Origin: Lama guanicoe
Lineage: Eukaryota
Direction: 5' to 3'
Length of the DNA: 64,000 nucleotides
NCBI GenBank assembly: GCA_013239625.1
Contig: MU053365.1
Location: 2,018,115-2,082,114, forward strand
The notes below the pieces were generated by a model, which searched no databases, was not told the DNA's origin, and saw only the letters and a list, made by a program, of their open reading frames with translations. Of the stretch, positions 27,216-41,458 are shown in pieces; positions within the stretch are counted from its first letter, which is position 1; every line of letters begins with the position of its first letter. The position numbers and the translations under genes are program-made.

Positions 27216-28741
27216 GCATTGAAAGTGTGACCTGAGATGGATTTGGAGATCCATCCTAAAATGGATTAAAAATCTACATCACATTTCATGATTCCTTGTG
27301 GCCGACAATGATTACAATTCTCAATTACACAAAATCTACCATTTTGTCAACTCTTTTCTATTCCAGGTAAATAAAAAGTTAACTCTGCTATTTCCTATGT
27401 TATTATCTCAGCTTAATAATACCAATTATTCCCCTACCTCTATACATCAACCAATTACTTTTGATATACTTTCCAAGCAATTTCCTTTAGAAATTTAAAC
27501 CATTTAAGCCCTAAGAAAACAATGCATTGAACTTGAGAAAGAGATCAAATGTTATTATGTATATCAATTGTTTGCCTCTTATTTTCATGAGCCTAATACG
27601 CTGGCAACAATATGACAATAATTCCCTTTGGTAACTAACATATAATAAGAAATGCATAGGTCTGGCATAATGCCCCCAAAAGGTAATCTGAATGAACTCT
27701 CATGACAGAAATCCAGAAATACTAAACAGCAAAATGACAATTTTCTAAACCATGCATAACTGAATTTATAAGAAAGAAATAGAAATTTCCTGTGATACAA
27801 ACAAATAGGGGATTAAAAAACCAGAAGAAGCTGAGTCCATTCAAGCAAACAGAAACCATTATTTTTTTAAAGGTAATTTAATTAGGAAATCGGTTACATA
27901 AGGGAATGAAAAAGCTGAAAGGCAAGTAGGGTACAGTGAGTAAACCAAGAGATGAGCTGCATCAGGAAACTCCCTGCATCCTAATTTTCTGGCTGAGGTA
28001 ATGGAGGCATCAAGAGAAGTAAATTGACTGAGTTCTCATAGTTAGTAAATGGTGGAAACAGAATGCATACCAGGCAGTTAAGCTACAGAATCCTATGTTC
28101 TTACCCACTGCGATACAGAATCTCATCAAAGGATAACAGGCAGATATGGAAAGCAATCAGACTGATCTTTTAAAAAGGAAAAATATATATAATAATTCAA
28201 ATAAAAAACTCACCAAACATAGATATTCAAAAAAATACTGAAGTGGAAGCTTCGTGTAATTCAGTTACCCAGAATACGTACTGGAAAGTAAACAACTAAA
28301 CTACAAAGTTAAGAGATACGAAGGCAAGTATCATAAAATAATCATCCTTCCAATCAAATGCCAGAAACAGACAACAGAAAGAACAAATGATTTTTTTTCC
28401 TGAATTGATGATATAAATGATTTTTTGGAAGGAAGAAACAAAGTAGGTAATCCTAGCAGGATAAATAAAAATAAATCCACATTTGCCATAATATATATAG
28501 CCCAGCAAAAACAGGTAGAAAACCTGAAAAGCAACTGAAAAATATAGTTTATCTACAAATGAATGATAAACCAACAGCAGCTCTTGCAATGGCACTAACA
28601 GTGTCAGAGGGCAGTGATTGATAATAGAGAATAAATCTTTCAAGTGATGAGGGAAAATGATTGGCTTCCTAAAATTCTACACCCAGCTGAGATCTTATGC
28701 AAGAATGAAGGTAAAAAAGAGCATTTTCAGGAAAATGCACG

Positions 28742-28747
<6 letters not shown>

Positions 28748-28787
<40 letters not shown>
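28748..28787. repeat. (CA)n microsatellite
   Basis: Seen directly. Confidence 0.95.
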
Positions 28788-28789
<2 letters not shown>

Positions 28790-29219
28790 TCTTTCTTGTT
28801 AATTATATTTTTAGCATTTTAGTTTGTTCTTGTCTTATTTAATGTTCTGGAGGCTGGGATTACACTGATTTAATATTAAGATAGAGAGATGTGATTTTTT
28901 TTTCTATTTACTTGGTATATATTTGGCCATTATTTTAACCTTTCAAAATAACATTTTTAAAAACTATCACATGTACATTATAGAGTTGGATTGGTTTCAT
29001 GATATAACATAAATTTTTTGCTCTTAACAAGTGAATTAAGTCCAATTAAATTTAATAATATGACAGATATGTTTGCTATTTGTTCTGTCATCTGTATGTG
29101 TACCTATGTGGCCTTGCTACTTTTTTTAACTATAGTCTTCTAACAGTTAGGAATTTATGTATTATTTTAAGGGTTATCTTTATAATTAAGCTTTTATATA
29201 ATACCCTTGCCATACTATG

Positions 29220-30699
29220 TTATTAAAGAGAAGACTCAATATCAAAACAATATCACTCCTGCTTAAAGGATTCTTAATTAGTACATGAGCTCAATAAACT
29301 ACACGGTTTGTTTTGTGGGGGTGGGCACCTAGACAAGCTGATTGTAATATTCATATAGAAAATTAAAGCAGCAGGGATGTACAGTAAAGTCCTGAAAAGG
29401 GAGATCAATGAGGGGAAATTAACCTTACCAGATAATAAAAAATTTTACAAAAACCTCAATGATGAAAAATAATATAGAGGACGTACAAACAGAACAATGT
29501 AACAGAACACAAGTTCCAGAAATACACAGATTTATATGGAAATGGCATCACATATCAGTTTGAAAAAGGGCTTTTTAGTAAGTGATTTTGAAATAGCTAT
29601 ACAGCCACATAAAGTTGAATCTACTTCTTACATTAAATGCCATGATCAACTCTACATGTGCTAGATATTTTAAAAAAAAACAGTGAGACATAAAAGAAAC
29701 AGAAAAAAATGGCAAATTTCTGTATAGCCTTACAGTGGAGAAAGTCTTCCTAATGATTCTAAATCCAGAGGTCATTAAAGACGGATGAAGTAAACTATTG
29801 AAACACCTGTTAACTTCTGCCTAGAAAAAAAAGATCAACATCAAATGATAATGACATATTTGGAAATAATGTGAAAATTACACTACATACAAAGGTCTTA
29901 TCTTCCTAAGGTTGTATTAGAAAGACAAATATTCCAATTAAAGTGAATAAAGTATATGAATAAACAGGTTACAGACATTACAAATTGCCATTAAACATAT
30001 AAAAGGTCATCAGTTTGACTCAAAATAAAATAAATACAAATTAGAAGTTCAAATTTTGTGGATGTAATGTACTTTACCTATCAGACTGACAATAATCAGA
30101 TTGACAAATAATCTAAAAGCTTGACAAGCCTGTTGTCAAGTCTGAGGGAAAAATGCATTCCCATGCGCTGCTGATGGAAGTGCAAAATGGTAGAATTCCC
30201 CTGAAGGGCAATTCGTAAATATCTATTAAAATTATGAATGCATTTACCCTTTGATGAAGCGATCTCTCCTCTGGGAATTTATTCTACAGATATACATGGA
30301 AGAATTAGACTTCAGAAAAGCATAAGTTTATTCACTGCTACATTATTTACGATGTGGAAAAGAAGAAGCAATCTGAGTGTTCATCCATAGGGAATAATGA
30401 AATAAACTGTGGCAAATCATACAATGGAGTACTCTTCAGCAATTCAATGAGCGAGCTCTCTATACACGTATATGGGAAGCTCTTCAGTATACCATGTGAG
30501 ATTCAAAAGGAAAAGGCACTGTCCAACAGTACAGTATAATATGCAGAGTGTATGCTACCTTTTCCAGAACAGAAAGTAAGAAAATCAGAACATATATTCA
30601 TATTGTCTTATTTTTGCTTAATAAAACTCTGAAAGAACGGACAAGAAACTGATAAAAGTAGTGATCTACATGTGTGTAGAGAAGAATGAGACTTTTTAT
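29220..30699 (+). mobile_element. Ancient L1ME-type ORF2 3' region and 3' UTR
   Basis: agacaagctgattgtaatattcatatagaaa; ctttgatgaagcgatctctcctctgggaatttattctacaga; tcatacaatggagtact. Confidence 0.75.
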
Positions 30700-30711
30700 T
30701 GAATCACTTTA

Positions 30712-31058
30712 TTTTTTTTAATAAAATTAGATTTTTTTAGAGAGATGTACCAGGGGTTGGGGTAGTTAAAGTAAAGGTAGATACACACTCTGCAGAGTGT
30801 GGGCCATCTTGGAAGGTGGAGGAGCAAGAGAGCGACCACAAGGTGCAGTGTTGCCAGTTTTTATATGCTAACAAGTGAGAGGATTATTCCAACTACTTTG
30901 GGGAAGGGGCCGAGATACCCAGGAATTGGGGCACCACCCTCTCTTTGACCTTCCATGCTTAGCTTCACAAACTTCACGGTAGCTATGGGTGTGCCATTCA
31001 CCAGGCTAGGACATTACAATATGTATAATGACGCTCAAGGTCCACTGGAGGTCAAATC
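30712..31058 (-). mobile_element. ERV LTR-like (U3-R) sequence with poly(A) and 12-bp TSD; retroposed LTR transcript
   Basis: Minus strand has a TATA-like catataaaaa, a degenerate polyA signal and an A tail; flanked by tgaatcacttta at 30700-30711 and 31059-31070. Confidence 0.7.
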
Positions 31059-32525
31059 TGAATCACTTTAGTATTGTTTTGCTAACTATATAAATGTCTT
31101 ATTTATTCAAATGTAAAACTATTTTTTAACACTGAAAAGACATAAACACACAACAAAAAGGAGAGGAAGTAACAAACTTTTGAAGGTTGGAAAGCACATA
31201 ATACGGGAATACATGATTTAAGCTGCCAGCAATACAGAAAGCCAAGAGGCCAGTTGATCTGGGCCACAGAATCCCGGAATGATTCAGGATTGAAAGTAAG
31301 AGTAAATGAGTGGAACTGAACACTAGAAAATCAACTAAAAGTCAGTTAAAAAAAAAAAAAGTAGGTCCACATACCTATCCCACAAAAAGTAGGTGACTAG
31401 AGCTCCATCAACTTGGTAGAAGTGTATACTCTCTGGAGATGTTAAAGCAAAGAGAGTATGTAACACCAGGCACAACGGATAGGAGGGGCACTGTACTAAA
31501 AATGGGGAAAGAGAAGAGGGAGCTCTGGTGGGAGGAAGGAGGAAGAAAAAAAAGAGGTCAAAGAGGTGGAGAAGGAGAACCAACAGTCACTGAGTAATTT
31601 TTATTTTCCAGAAGCTATTGTAGCATTTGAATTGTGTCAGCTCATTTAATCTTCACAAACGCTCTGTGAGTTATGTGCTATAATAGTGTCTACATCACGT
31701 AGGAAGAAAGTGTGGTACAGTGAGTTTAAATCATTTGACTAAGGATGCAAATCTACTAAGTAATAAAGCTGGGAATTAAGACAGTCTGCTTCCAGAATGC
31801 ATAATTTTAAACACTACACATATTAAAAGGTAACAATGATGGGCCATTCCCCATCTTGGTTCTTAGAAAACTCATAGCTGAGACTACATGGCCCTAACTC
31901 TCCCATTCACTGCCACTGCTGCTGGTGAGACTGCCAGCACTTCTCTGGAGAATATGATCAGTTCCAAAGAGACCAATCGATTCTAGCAATTTTGAGTCTT
32001 GCAATGAACGACTTCAGTCCCATCCATGCACACAGAGGGAACTCCTCCAACTTATTTTGAGGCTAGAGCAAACCTGATATCAAAACAGAGAAGAACCATA
32101 TGAGGAAAACAAATTATAAGTAAATCCCAATTATAGGTATAGATAAATCTAAATCACTAAATATTAGAAGTCATTCCATCAATGTATAAAAAATCATACA
32201 TTTGACCCCAGGAATACAAAGATAATAACAAAAAACCTTTTAATTTAAATCAGTGTATTACCATGTTAAAGAAAAAAAGTTTGAATTGTATCAATAGATA
32301 ATTGTTTTTAAAAACTAACATCAAACTGAAAACAGAAAGGAAAAAAATCCTTGACATGATAAAGGGTATCTACCAAAAATCAATAGTAAACATCATACTT
32401 GATGGTGAAACTATAGGAACACTCCCTTCTAAATCAGAAACAAGAGAAGTAAGTCTAATATTATCATTATCAACATAATACTGTAGATCCTAGATAATAT
32501 AAGACAAGAAAATATAAAAGAAATA

Positions 32526-32580
32526 CAGTCAGCCCTCCCTATCAGCAGATGCGGAACCCATGGACAAGGAAGGTTGACTG
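32526..32580. mobile_element. 55-bp TcMar-Tigger deletion derivative
   Basis: TA|cagtcagccctcc ... ggaaggttgactg|TA: terminal inverted repeats and TA duplication. Confidence 0.8.
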
Positions 32581-33184
32581 TATTAGATTAAGAAAGGAAG
32601 AAGCAAAGGTATAATTATTCCTAGCTAAGTTTCTATAAGAGAATCTATAAAAAAGCATCTTGTATTAAAAAGATAAAAAGAGAGCTTCAAAATTTCCTGG
32701 ATACTAGACCAATCATTTCATTCATTTATTCAACAAATATTTATTGAAACTAACTATGTCCTAGGCATGGTTCTACACATTGAGGACCCAGCAGTGAGCA
32801 AAACAGACAAAAATTCCTTCCCTCGTGAAACTTGCATTCCATTAAATAGAGAGGAATCAGTAGTATTCCTGTATATCAATAAAAGGTCAAACAAATCTAT
32901 TTTAAATACACCAATTCATTAGCAGAAAGACAATAAAATACCTAGGAGTGAAATTTAAAAATAAAAGTTCAAGTCTCTTATGAAAAAAATCATAAATTTT
33001 ATTGGAAAACATGAGAAGACATACATATCTATGTTCTAGAATGAGAATAAATACGTGTCAGTTCTCCTCAGATTAAATCACAAATTTAATCTCTAAATCT
33101 CCATAAAATAACCCAACAGGTTTTCTCTCAGACTGAAAAGCTGATCCAATGATTCATATGGAAGAGCAGGGCAGGCTCTTCGCA

Positions 33185-33585
33185 GCATTACTCATGTGTC
33201 TGCTCAGCCATATTTTTCCTTCCTGCTTTCTCAGTAGAGCTTGGTTGGAAAATCCAAATACCCTCTTTCCCAGACTCCCTTCCAGCAGCGGTTGAATATG
33301 AGATTCTGTTTTGGCCAATGGTGTATAAAGAGCAATCTGCCAGGGGCTTCTCGTAAGGCTGTTGATTTCCAAATGAGACACATGGCAGGGGATACCCCTC
33401 CCTACTTCTCCCTGTCTTAAAAAGGATACTGGGAGCTTCAGGCAGACATCTTTCCACCCTTGAGGAAAAGATCAAGTAAATCATAGAGTCACCAGCGCTG
33501 ACAGTACCGAGCTGCTGAGACAATGCCAGCAGCTACCTACATCCAGGGTTCTGTTTATGTGTGAAAAATATGCTTAAATCATGTA
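33185..33585. mobile_element. MLT1-type LTR
   Basis: tctttcccagactcccttccagcag..gttttggccaatgg..cagacatctttccacccttgagg. Confidence 0.75.
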
Positions 33586-36061
33586 CCTTTGTCTCTTCCA
33601 ATACTTGTAAATAGAATTTTATTTATTCAAAGACTGAAGGGCCAAACATAGCCTAGATAATTTCAAAGAAGAAAATGGACAGCTTTTCCTACTAAAATCT
33701 AAGGCTTATTATAAAGCTATAGCAATTTAAATACTGAGATAGTCATTCAAAAATATGGAAACGAAGACAAATGAAATGAAATAATGAAAGTAGAAATAGA
33801 TCTGCATGTACACTTGGAAATCTGTGTATTACTGCATCCTTCAAATCAATAGTAAAAGCAAGGACCATTCAATAGTGACTTTGGATAATTTGTTATCCAT
33901 ATGTGAGAAGATAAAATTAGATCACGGCATCACATCATATATGAAGATAAATTCTAAATAGACTAAAGACAAAAATGAAAATTAAAACTCTGAAACTCTT
34001 AGAAGAAAATATAGGAGGATATCTTTACATTTATTGCTTCACAGTAGAGAAGCATTTCTTAAACAAGATACCAAAAACATGCAATTTATAAAAGGAAATA
34101 TTGATACATAAGACTACATAAAATTGTGAGACTTGTTTATCAATAGATGCCATTAAAATGTGACAAGTCACAGATTAGGAGGTTAAATTTGCAAATGATA
34201 TAAACTACAAAAGATTACTATCTAAAATACACAAAAAGTTCTAAAAAGAAAAAAACAAACATCCCATTAAAAACAGATCAAAGTGCATGACTCAGAAAGT
34301 CACAGAAAAGTTCTGAATGGCCAATAAAAATGGTATGTTCAAAGCCTTATTATTCAGAAATATACAAAATTGAAACAATACTAAGATACAATTTCTCACC
34401 CATCAGATTGGCAAGGGTTAAAAGGTCTTACAAATAACAATTTAAGGTATAAACGTGGCGAAGGGAGATTCATGTTTTACTGAGGCTGTAGATTAGTACA
34501 ACTCTAAAGAACAGTTTACTGAAACCTTCATATAGTGAAGAAACACACATCCTCCTTCCAGCATTTCATCAGGTATATGGCACAGAGAAACTCTTGCACA
34601 TAAGACATTTTCAAGGGCTTTCATTCACATTTGTCTGAACATCCAAAGAGGGAACAATGTGAAAGTTCTATCAATAGAAGAATAGATCAATTACCTGTGA
34701 TATTGGTATACACTGAACAATACATGGCACTGAAAATGAATGAAATAGGTTTACTTGAATCAACATGGATAATTCTTAAATTCATAATGCTGAGTAAATG
34801 AGGTTACAAAATGATCTACAAAGGCTAATGTTGTTTTTATTAGCCTTATTGGCTTTTATCAAGCTTATATAAGTTTTAAAATAACACAAAGTAATACCAC
34901 ATATTGTTTATAAACACATATAAATATATAGTAAACTTTTTAAACTTGGCATGGGGATGATGTACGACTTCTTTATGGGAAGAAAAGGAATAAATATTTG
35001 GATTCATGCATTAATTTCTTTTAAAAATCAGATACAATTAAGGCAAAAATTACTGTCTGTTAAATTTGAATGGGGGTCATATTTGTTTTATACTTTTGCT
35101 GTGTATCTGAAATATTTTGTAAAATAAAATGAAAAAAAAAGACAAAATTAAAATGGGAACCGTTTGTGTCATATATAACATCTAGACGTGGATCTACCAG
35201 TGAATAAGCACTTTCATGCCACCAGAACCCAATTTTGCTCACTATTGCTCCTGGATATCAATATTGTGTTTATGTGACACTAAAACATCCAGTCAATTCA
35301 GCTGACTTAGTCCATGATTAGTCAATACAGAAGGAAAAATAAACATGAGACAAAGCATCAGTTGGAGAATCGATTGCTTTTTGACTAGTTTATTCAGTCA
35401 AAATTATTAAATGGCTGTCATGGGACAGGATTTTGCAGATTTTAATAAGCTGTAAGTAACATTTCATAAGCAGCCTCATTAGAATAGCTTTGGCATAATT
35501 TTCCTTTTGAATAAAGGGTTTATCAATGGTCATCTTTCATAAGGTCAAATGGAGGAAGAGAATGGACAGATTTTCCCTACCTAAAATACTGCTTCATAAA
35601 ATGGTTTTAACTCTTAAAATAACAATATAACCATAATGAAAAAGAAGACAAACGCAGGCAAATGCAGGCAAATGCAGACTGATCCCATAAAAGGAGCAAG
35701 TACCCTTGCAACTACAAAGGAATTTGGGATCCTAAAAACTACGTCATCTTAGTAAACGTCAGCCAGTGAGACATCCTGATAACACAGGAGCTATCAGGGA
35801 GAGAACATTACTGACACTATTTTCTCCATTTGCATTGATGACACTGTGTATGGCAGACTGGGAAAGATTCAGCAGGGGCCTTTTTTCCAATGAGTCACAT
35901 GCCTAGAGGCCAATCAAAGGTGTCTCTGACAGGGAAGTTGATACTTATAAATCACCATTGCTTTTTAGAGATTCTCTGCTTCTATGGACATTCATTCATT
36001 CACATAAAGGAAAATACTTTTTGGTTGCCAACTCTTGCTAATAAATCAGACATATTCCCTT

Positions 36062-36590
36062 GCTGATTAGTTATCTATTGCTGCATAGCAAATAACGCCA
36101 AAACTTAGTGGCTTAAAATGACAATAAGCTTTATTATCTCTTATTGCTTCCCTGGGTCAGAAATTCCAGTATTGCTTCACTGGGCAGTTGTGACTCCATG
36201 TCTCTCAATCAGATGTCAGTAAGAGCTGCAATTATCTGACGGCTTCACTGTGGCTGGGAGACAATTTTCCAAGGTTGTTCAATTGCATGGATGGCAGGTT
36301 GGTACTGGCTGAGAACAGGAGAGCACTGTTCCTCTCTACGTAGTCCTCTCCACAGGGCTGCTTGCGTACTCTCACATGGCAACTGGCTTTTCCCATTGCA
36401 AGTGATAAGAAACCAATGTGGAAGCCACATTGCTTTTTATGACAACCTTAGAAGTCAAAAACTGTCACTTCTGCCATATCCTATTGGTTACAGAGTCAGC
36501 CGTGATTCACTATGGGAGAGGATAACATAGGGGCATAAATATAATAGACAAGGATCATTGGGAGCCACGGTGAAGGTTAGCTTCCACGTC
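36062..36590. mobile_element. MLT1-type LTR
   Basis: attagttatctattgctgcatagcaaataacgccaaaacttagtggcttaaaatgacaat..ctgtcacttctgccatatcctattggttaca..ggatcattgggagcca. Confidence 0.85.
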
Positions 36591-37974
36591 TTCTTTCCAA
36601 ACAGCTCACATTATCTAATTCCAATACAGTATGATAAGTGCTATGGCATACAATTTTTAACCTTTAGATTTGACCATCCCTAGAGAAAACTAAACTTTTC
36701 CAATTACCCTTTCCAAAGACCTAAGATACAACAGAGAGATACAACCTAAAATCACTGACCTTACCCTAATTTTGCTTTTGGATAAAGCTGACAAATCTTA
36801 AGAGTTGTTGTTTACAAATATTTTTTTTATTGTTTTGACAAGAAAGAAGTTAAATTTTTAATATCAGTCTTAGAAAAGATGACATTTGAGGTTAACACTG
36901 AAAAAGTCAAACCGAATGCTTGAGGCAAACCTGTATCTCAAAACTGGCAGACTGAAATATGAATGATGCTTTCGAATCAGATTTTAAACTTAACCTCGTT
37001 TTTAGTTTTGCTTACTGAAAATAATATTCCAATTTCAAATAGGTTTTATATTTACTCTTCAGAGGATTAAGTTCATGGCTGTTAAGAAAAGAATTATTAT
37101 TATTCCCAAATGCTGTACTATTCAAGTATCATGTTTTGAGTTCAAAGTATAACCATTTCTCACACAGGTTTCTTCTAATTGGACCAAACCATACAAGTGG
37201 ACAAAGGAAGACAGGGAGCATGATTTCTCCTGTTTTCCCCTCTCCAAGTTAGTAAGTGGGCTTATGGTGCTGAGAATGACAGATATTAAGTACATCACCT
37301 AATTAGGTAAAGAGAGTTCAAATGGGAAAGCAGGTAGTAATTATTGAGAAGTGCTTGAATGTGTTTTGAAGAACTTAGCTAGAAAGGAAGACTGAAATTT
37401 AAAAGCCAAAATGCCAGAGCTGTGCCCCCAGTACAATAAAGACTCTTTTACTGCTTTCATGCTCCTTTGTAATAAAGAAAGTTTTAATATCAAAACCAAG
37501 TTATGGTTCTGATCTAACTTAACCTAACCTCTTGCTATTCAGTTTTTGTATCTGCTGTGGGCAACTTCTGGAGTCTCAAGAGAGCTATCAAGTAGACTCT
37601 CCTCTGACTTTGAGTATGCAACCGCTTAGCTTTCCAGACAAAGTAGAGTGACATTCTGAGATTAGAACAAAGCTTGCAAAGCCTTGCCATTTGGTTATAG
37701 CCAGAGCCCTAACAGGCTGTTTACAGGAACCTGCTAACTTATGGGAACTGCGTTCCAATTTGCCTGTCTTTGCAATTTGGACTGAGTTCCAATTTTGCGT
37801 CCTATATCTGCTTGCTTTGTACATACGCTGATCTCTTATTTAGCTTGCTTCTCCCGATGCTCATCTTTACTTTCTTAAGGCAACTTGCTTCACTGCTTGA
37901 CCAATTCCTGTTGACATGACATACTAGGACTTAAAATCGTGTCTTTATTCACTGTACTTGTCATTTGTCACTTG

Positions 37975-39520
37975 TTTTTTCAGTCTGTTCTCAGCCACCT
38001 AACATCTAAACACACTTGAAAGCAAACCCTAGTCTTCTCGTTTCCTATGTATATTTTGAGGCCCCTTCTCCGTCCCTTGGTTAATTCTGTGAGATAACTG
38101 GTATCCTTTCAATATCTTTGACCTTTTTGTTAAATCAACTAGAGTTGATTTCTGTGATTTGCAACTAAGAACACCAACTGATACTGAGAGCATTGCAGTG
38201 AGTGTGTTGCACGCTGTAGATACCCAGGGATATAGGAAAAGTTAGGATGGATTATATTGTTTAGTGTGGATTGGATGCAATGAAAGATAATTATTAATAT
38301 TTACAGATAATCATTCAGTATCCTGTTGCACACAATAACAAAACAAATGATTAAATCAGGCATATCGGCACCTAGAATGTGGTGATCGTTGAAGGTAAAA
38401 TTTGGGGGGCATGGTTGTCACTTTTTAGGGCATATGCAGAAATTCAAGAACCTTGGGGTGGAGGTGGCTGCTTCTAACAGCTCGGGACAACTTATGGAAA
38501 AAGGACAAGATTTTCAAATCCCTAAATTCTAGAACCAAGGCAGGAATTTATATGGTCGTGATGCTAAGTGAATCTATTGTTTCTTACATTTATAGGGTTG
38601 AATAAAAGGAAAACTAAATACTTAATGTGCCCCTATGAGTTGCCAAACCCCAAGTTCAGTTAAATCCCAGCTTCACCAATTCTCTGCTGGGAAAGTTATG
38701 GCACTCAACTTAAACAAATTGGATATCGAAAATAGGGAGGGTAATATCAGTGCATACAGAGGCCTCAGAGTCCCAAACGCAAACTCCCACAGCCAAAACA
38801 TCCCTGATTCTCTGAATGACTATAAGTATCCGCTACGTACTCTTGCTTGCAGATACTCACACCGTCACTGGGGAGTTACTGACTGAGAACAAGCCAATAC
38901 TCCTCTTACCTTTAATCCTAGCCACGGTTGTCTCCTGGTCTGATAATAGAGGCAGATCCCAGTGTTCTCTGGGAAGATTAGTTTAAAAGCTTAAAGAGCA
39001 GAATTTACATTTAAAAGCTTAAATAAGAGCAGAAGTCATATACAACATGGACAATCAGACTTTTCTAATTGGTATTCACATAAATCTAGACATTAATTAT
39101 GAGGATGGTTTCTGAACATGATCAACCAAGAAAAGCAAAGAATTTTTATATTGGGTTAAAATGATGAATTTAGGTGGTTTTCGTAGAGAGGCTAGCAGGA
39201 AGTTAAGTAAAAGTTTCTGTTTGCCCAGTTGGTTGGCTAAAACCTCTTAGTGATGGTAGTCACACTAAATATAGTTGAAATGCTAGAAGTTTCTTTGCAT
39301 AATGTAGAGGAATGAACCCAATGAAAAAGATCTGCTTTGTGTGCCCTTCCCATGTGTACCTACTCTCTAACCCCAGAGGGAGCTCAGAATGAATTCTCTT
39401 CATCACAACCTTGAAAAATATATTCATAAAGGCATCTTTATAAAGATCATTATGAGCCTGCTCTTCATGGTAGCATATTAGACAAGACAACTTAAAAATC
39501 ACTCCAGTATAAAATGGATA
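37975..39520 (+). mobile_element. MaLR LTR 3' end followed by degenerate MLT1 internal region
   Basis: ctagagttgatttctgtgatttgcaactaagaacaccaactgatac LTR end (~38183), followed by ggtggctgcttctaacagc internal-like motif. Confidence 0.55.
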
Positions 39521-41040
39521 TATAGACCATATAAAATACCAAATACAACTTCTTAATGCATATCTGATTTTGCAAGATATTAATGAAGAATCAAATTGAA
39601 GACACTGAGAGCCAGCGTATTAAACAAATGCCAAAGCCACGTCTGTTGTTGCTCTCTGCAGGTGTTTGTCTAACTGGGTGAACAAGAGGCTTTTTCTTAA
39701 GCAGCAAAGTGAAGGGAAGTGTTCAAGCATTGAGCCCTACAACTAAGGAATTCAAACTAGAATCCTCTGCATACATTTAGGATTGTCAAAACGCTACACC
39801 TTCAGTGAGAAGATGGAGTAGGGGGTAAATCCACAAGATGGTAAAGAAAGACAATTAAGGAATGTCTGTCTCATATTGGAGTCTAGTCGAAAAACTCTCC
39901 TATAAAAAGTCCTAACATCGGCACAGCGCTTCCGCAGGTGAAGGGGCTTGAATCCCCATTCCCTCTGCGATACGTGAAACAAGCCAAGAAATTAATGTCA
40001 AGTGACCTCAGTTGCACAGCAATCTGATAGTTTTGGAAGAAATAAATGTTAACCATTTCAGGAGATGTGGGTCCTCATCTCAGATTCTCTGGGATCTCCG
40101 CAGACAGAGCTGGACGCTACATGAGTTTTCAATCCTCAAATACATACTAGGACAGAAAATAACCCACCACCAACCAGAATCAGCAGGAAAAATAATCTCC
40201 ACAGACAGCCCCAAATCTGTACCGAACAGAATTATTGATACTAGACATCAAATTCAGTGTATTTATATTTAAATAAATAAAAGAAAAATGAAATATATTA
40301 AACAGAAGATATTCTTTTTTTAAAAGATTATTGAGTGGAGGGTATAGCTCAGTGGTAGAGTGTGTGCTTAGCATGCATCAGGCCCTGGGTTCAATCGGTA
40401 GTGCCTTCATTTTTAAAAAAAGTTAAAAATAAAAAAGATTATTGAGATTTATAAAAGAGCCAAACAGAACTTCTAAAATTAAAAAAAAAAACCTAATAAT
40501 TAAAAAGACAATAAAGAGATTTCTTTTTGTAGAAACCATGGTCTAGGTTACTCGGTCCAACATTCCAGTAACCAAAGAGGCTGGATCTATACACACAAAC
40601 TCTATCTTCTGTCACCACATCTCCTTGTTTTATTGCTGTATTACTGACATGTGACATGCATATGTTTAACTTAGACAATGTGATGACTTGATATACATAT
40701 ATAAAATGAAATGTCCCACATTTTCTTAAAAGCATCAAATAACTAATGAGAAAGTATAGAATTAAATAGGGAAAAATGTGAACCCTGAAAATAAACAAAC
40801 AAAATCTACATTTGTCCTAAGGGCACCTGGCGACTTTGGAAAACTTAATTTGAACTTTTATTTTGAGGATATCATTGGTCTAAATAAAACATAGGTCAAA
40901 AATGAAATAATAACAATCATAAAATATTTTAAACTGAATGTTAATAAAAATACTGCATATCAAAATTTGGGGGTTGCAGTTAAAATATTACTAGAGTTTA
41001 AAGTTTATTGTTACAAATTTGTGTATTAGAAAAAAAAGTA
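39520..41040 (+). mobile_element. Old L1 5'/ORF1/ORF2 fragments (host of the SINE at 40336)
   Basis: gagccaaacagaacttctaaaattaaaaa; aaatattttaaactgaatgttaataaaaatactgcatatcaaaatttggggg. Confidence 0.55.
40336..40432 (+). mobile_element. tRNA-derived SINE, camelid vic-1-like (short form)
   Basis: ggagggtatagctcagtggtagagtgtgtgcttagcatgcat..ctgggttcaatc plus A tail; perfect 14-bp TSD aaaagattattgag at 40322-40335 and 40433-40446. Confidence 0.9.
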
Positions 41041-41041
41041 C

Positions 41042-41458
41042 TTCAGTGAAAATGACATATTGCAATAAACTGAGTACAAAAAAAAGATATGTGAACCAAA
41101 TTGGCTGCTCTCAATCTAGACATTGAAAGGTACCTGTAAAATGTAAAACAATGCCATTCTTCCCACTAATTTTTTTGTTTCGAAAATATAGTTACTTTTT
41201 TATTAGAATACATTACTATGGTGCCATGTCATGGGTTTACTGTTACTTTCAAATGAAGTGAAATACATATTGATTTTGCAGTTTTACTGTTTAATATAGT
41301 GTACATATGTGTATATATACATATATGTGTGTATACATATACATGTGTGTATATGTTTGCATGCATGTGTGTGTCTCTCTATATATAGTGCTTTGGAGTC
41401 CTCAGTTATTTTTAAGTACTTAAAGATGTCCTAAGTCCAGTGTTTAATAACCACTACC
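41042..41458. mobile_element. Charlie1-like hAT terminal fragment
   Basis: aaaatgtaaaacaatgccattcttcccactaatttttttgtttcgaaaatatagtta..ctttggagtcctcagttatttttaag..tttaataaccact. Confidence 0.75.

Larger units (their letters stand above)
32030..35140 (+). mobile_element. Ancient L1ME-type ORF2 + 3' end, with nested Tigger, L2 and MLT1 insertions
   Basis: RT-region remnants (cttgacatgataaagggtatctaccaaaaatcaatagtaaacatcatacttgatggtgaaa), aaaactctgaaactcttagaagaaaatatagga, tctcacccatcagattggcaa. Confidence 0.8.

Noticed and set aside
40336..40410. tRNA genes (also at 24470-24543 and 59640-59715)
   Set aside because: The tRNA-like heads are followed by A-rich tails and flanked by TSDs, so these are SINEs.
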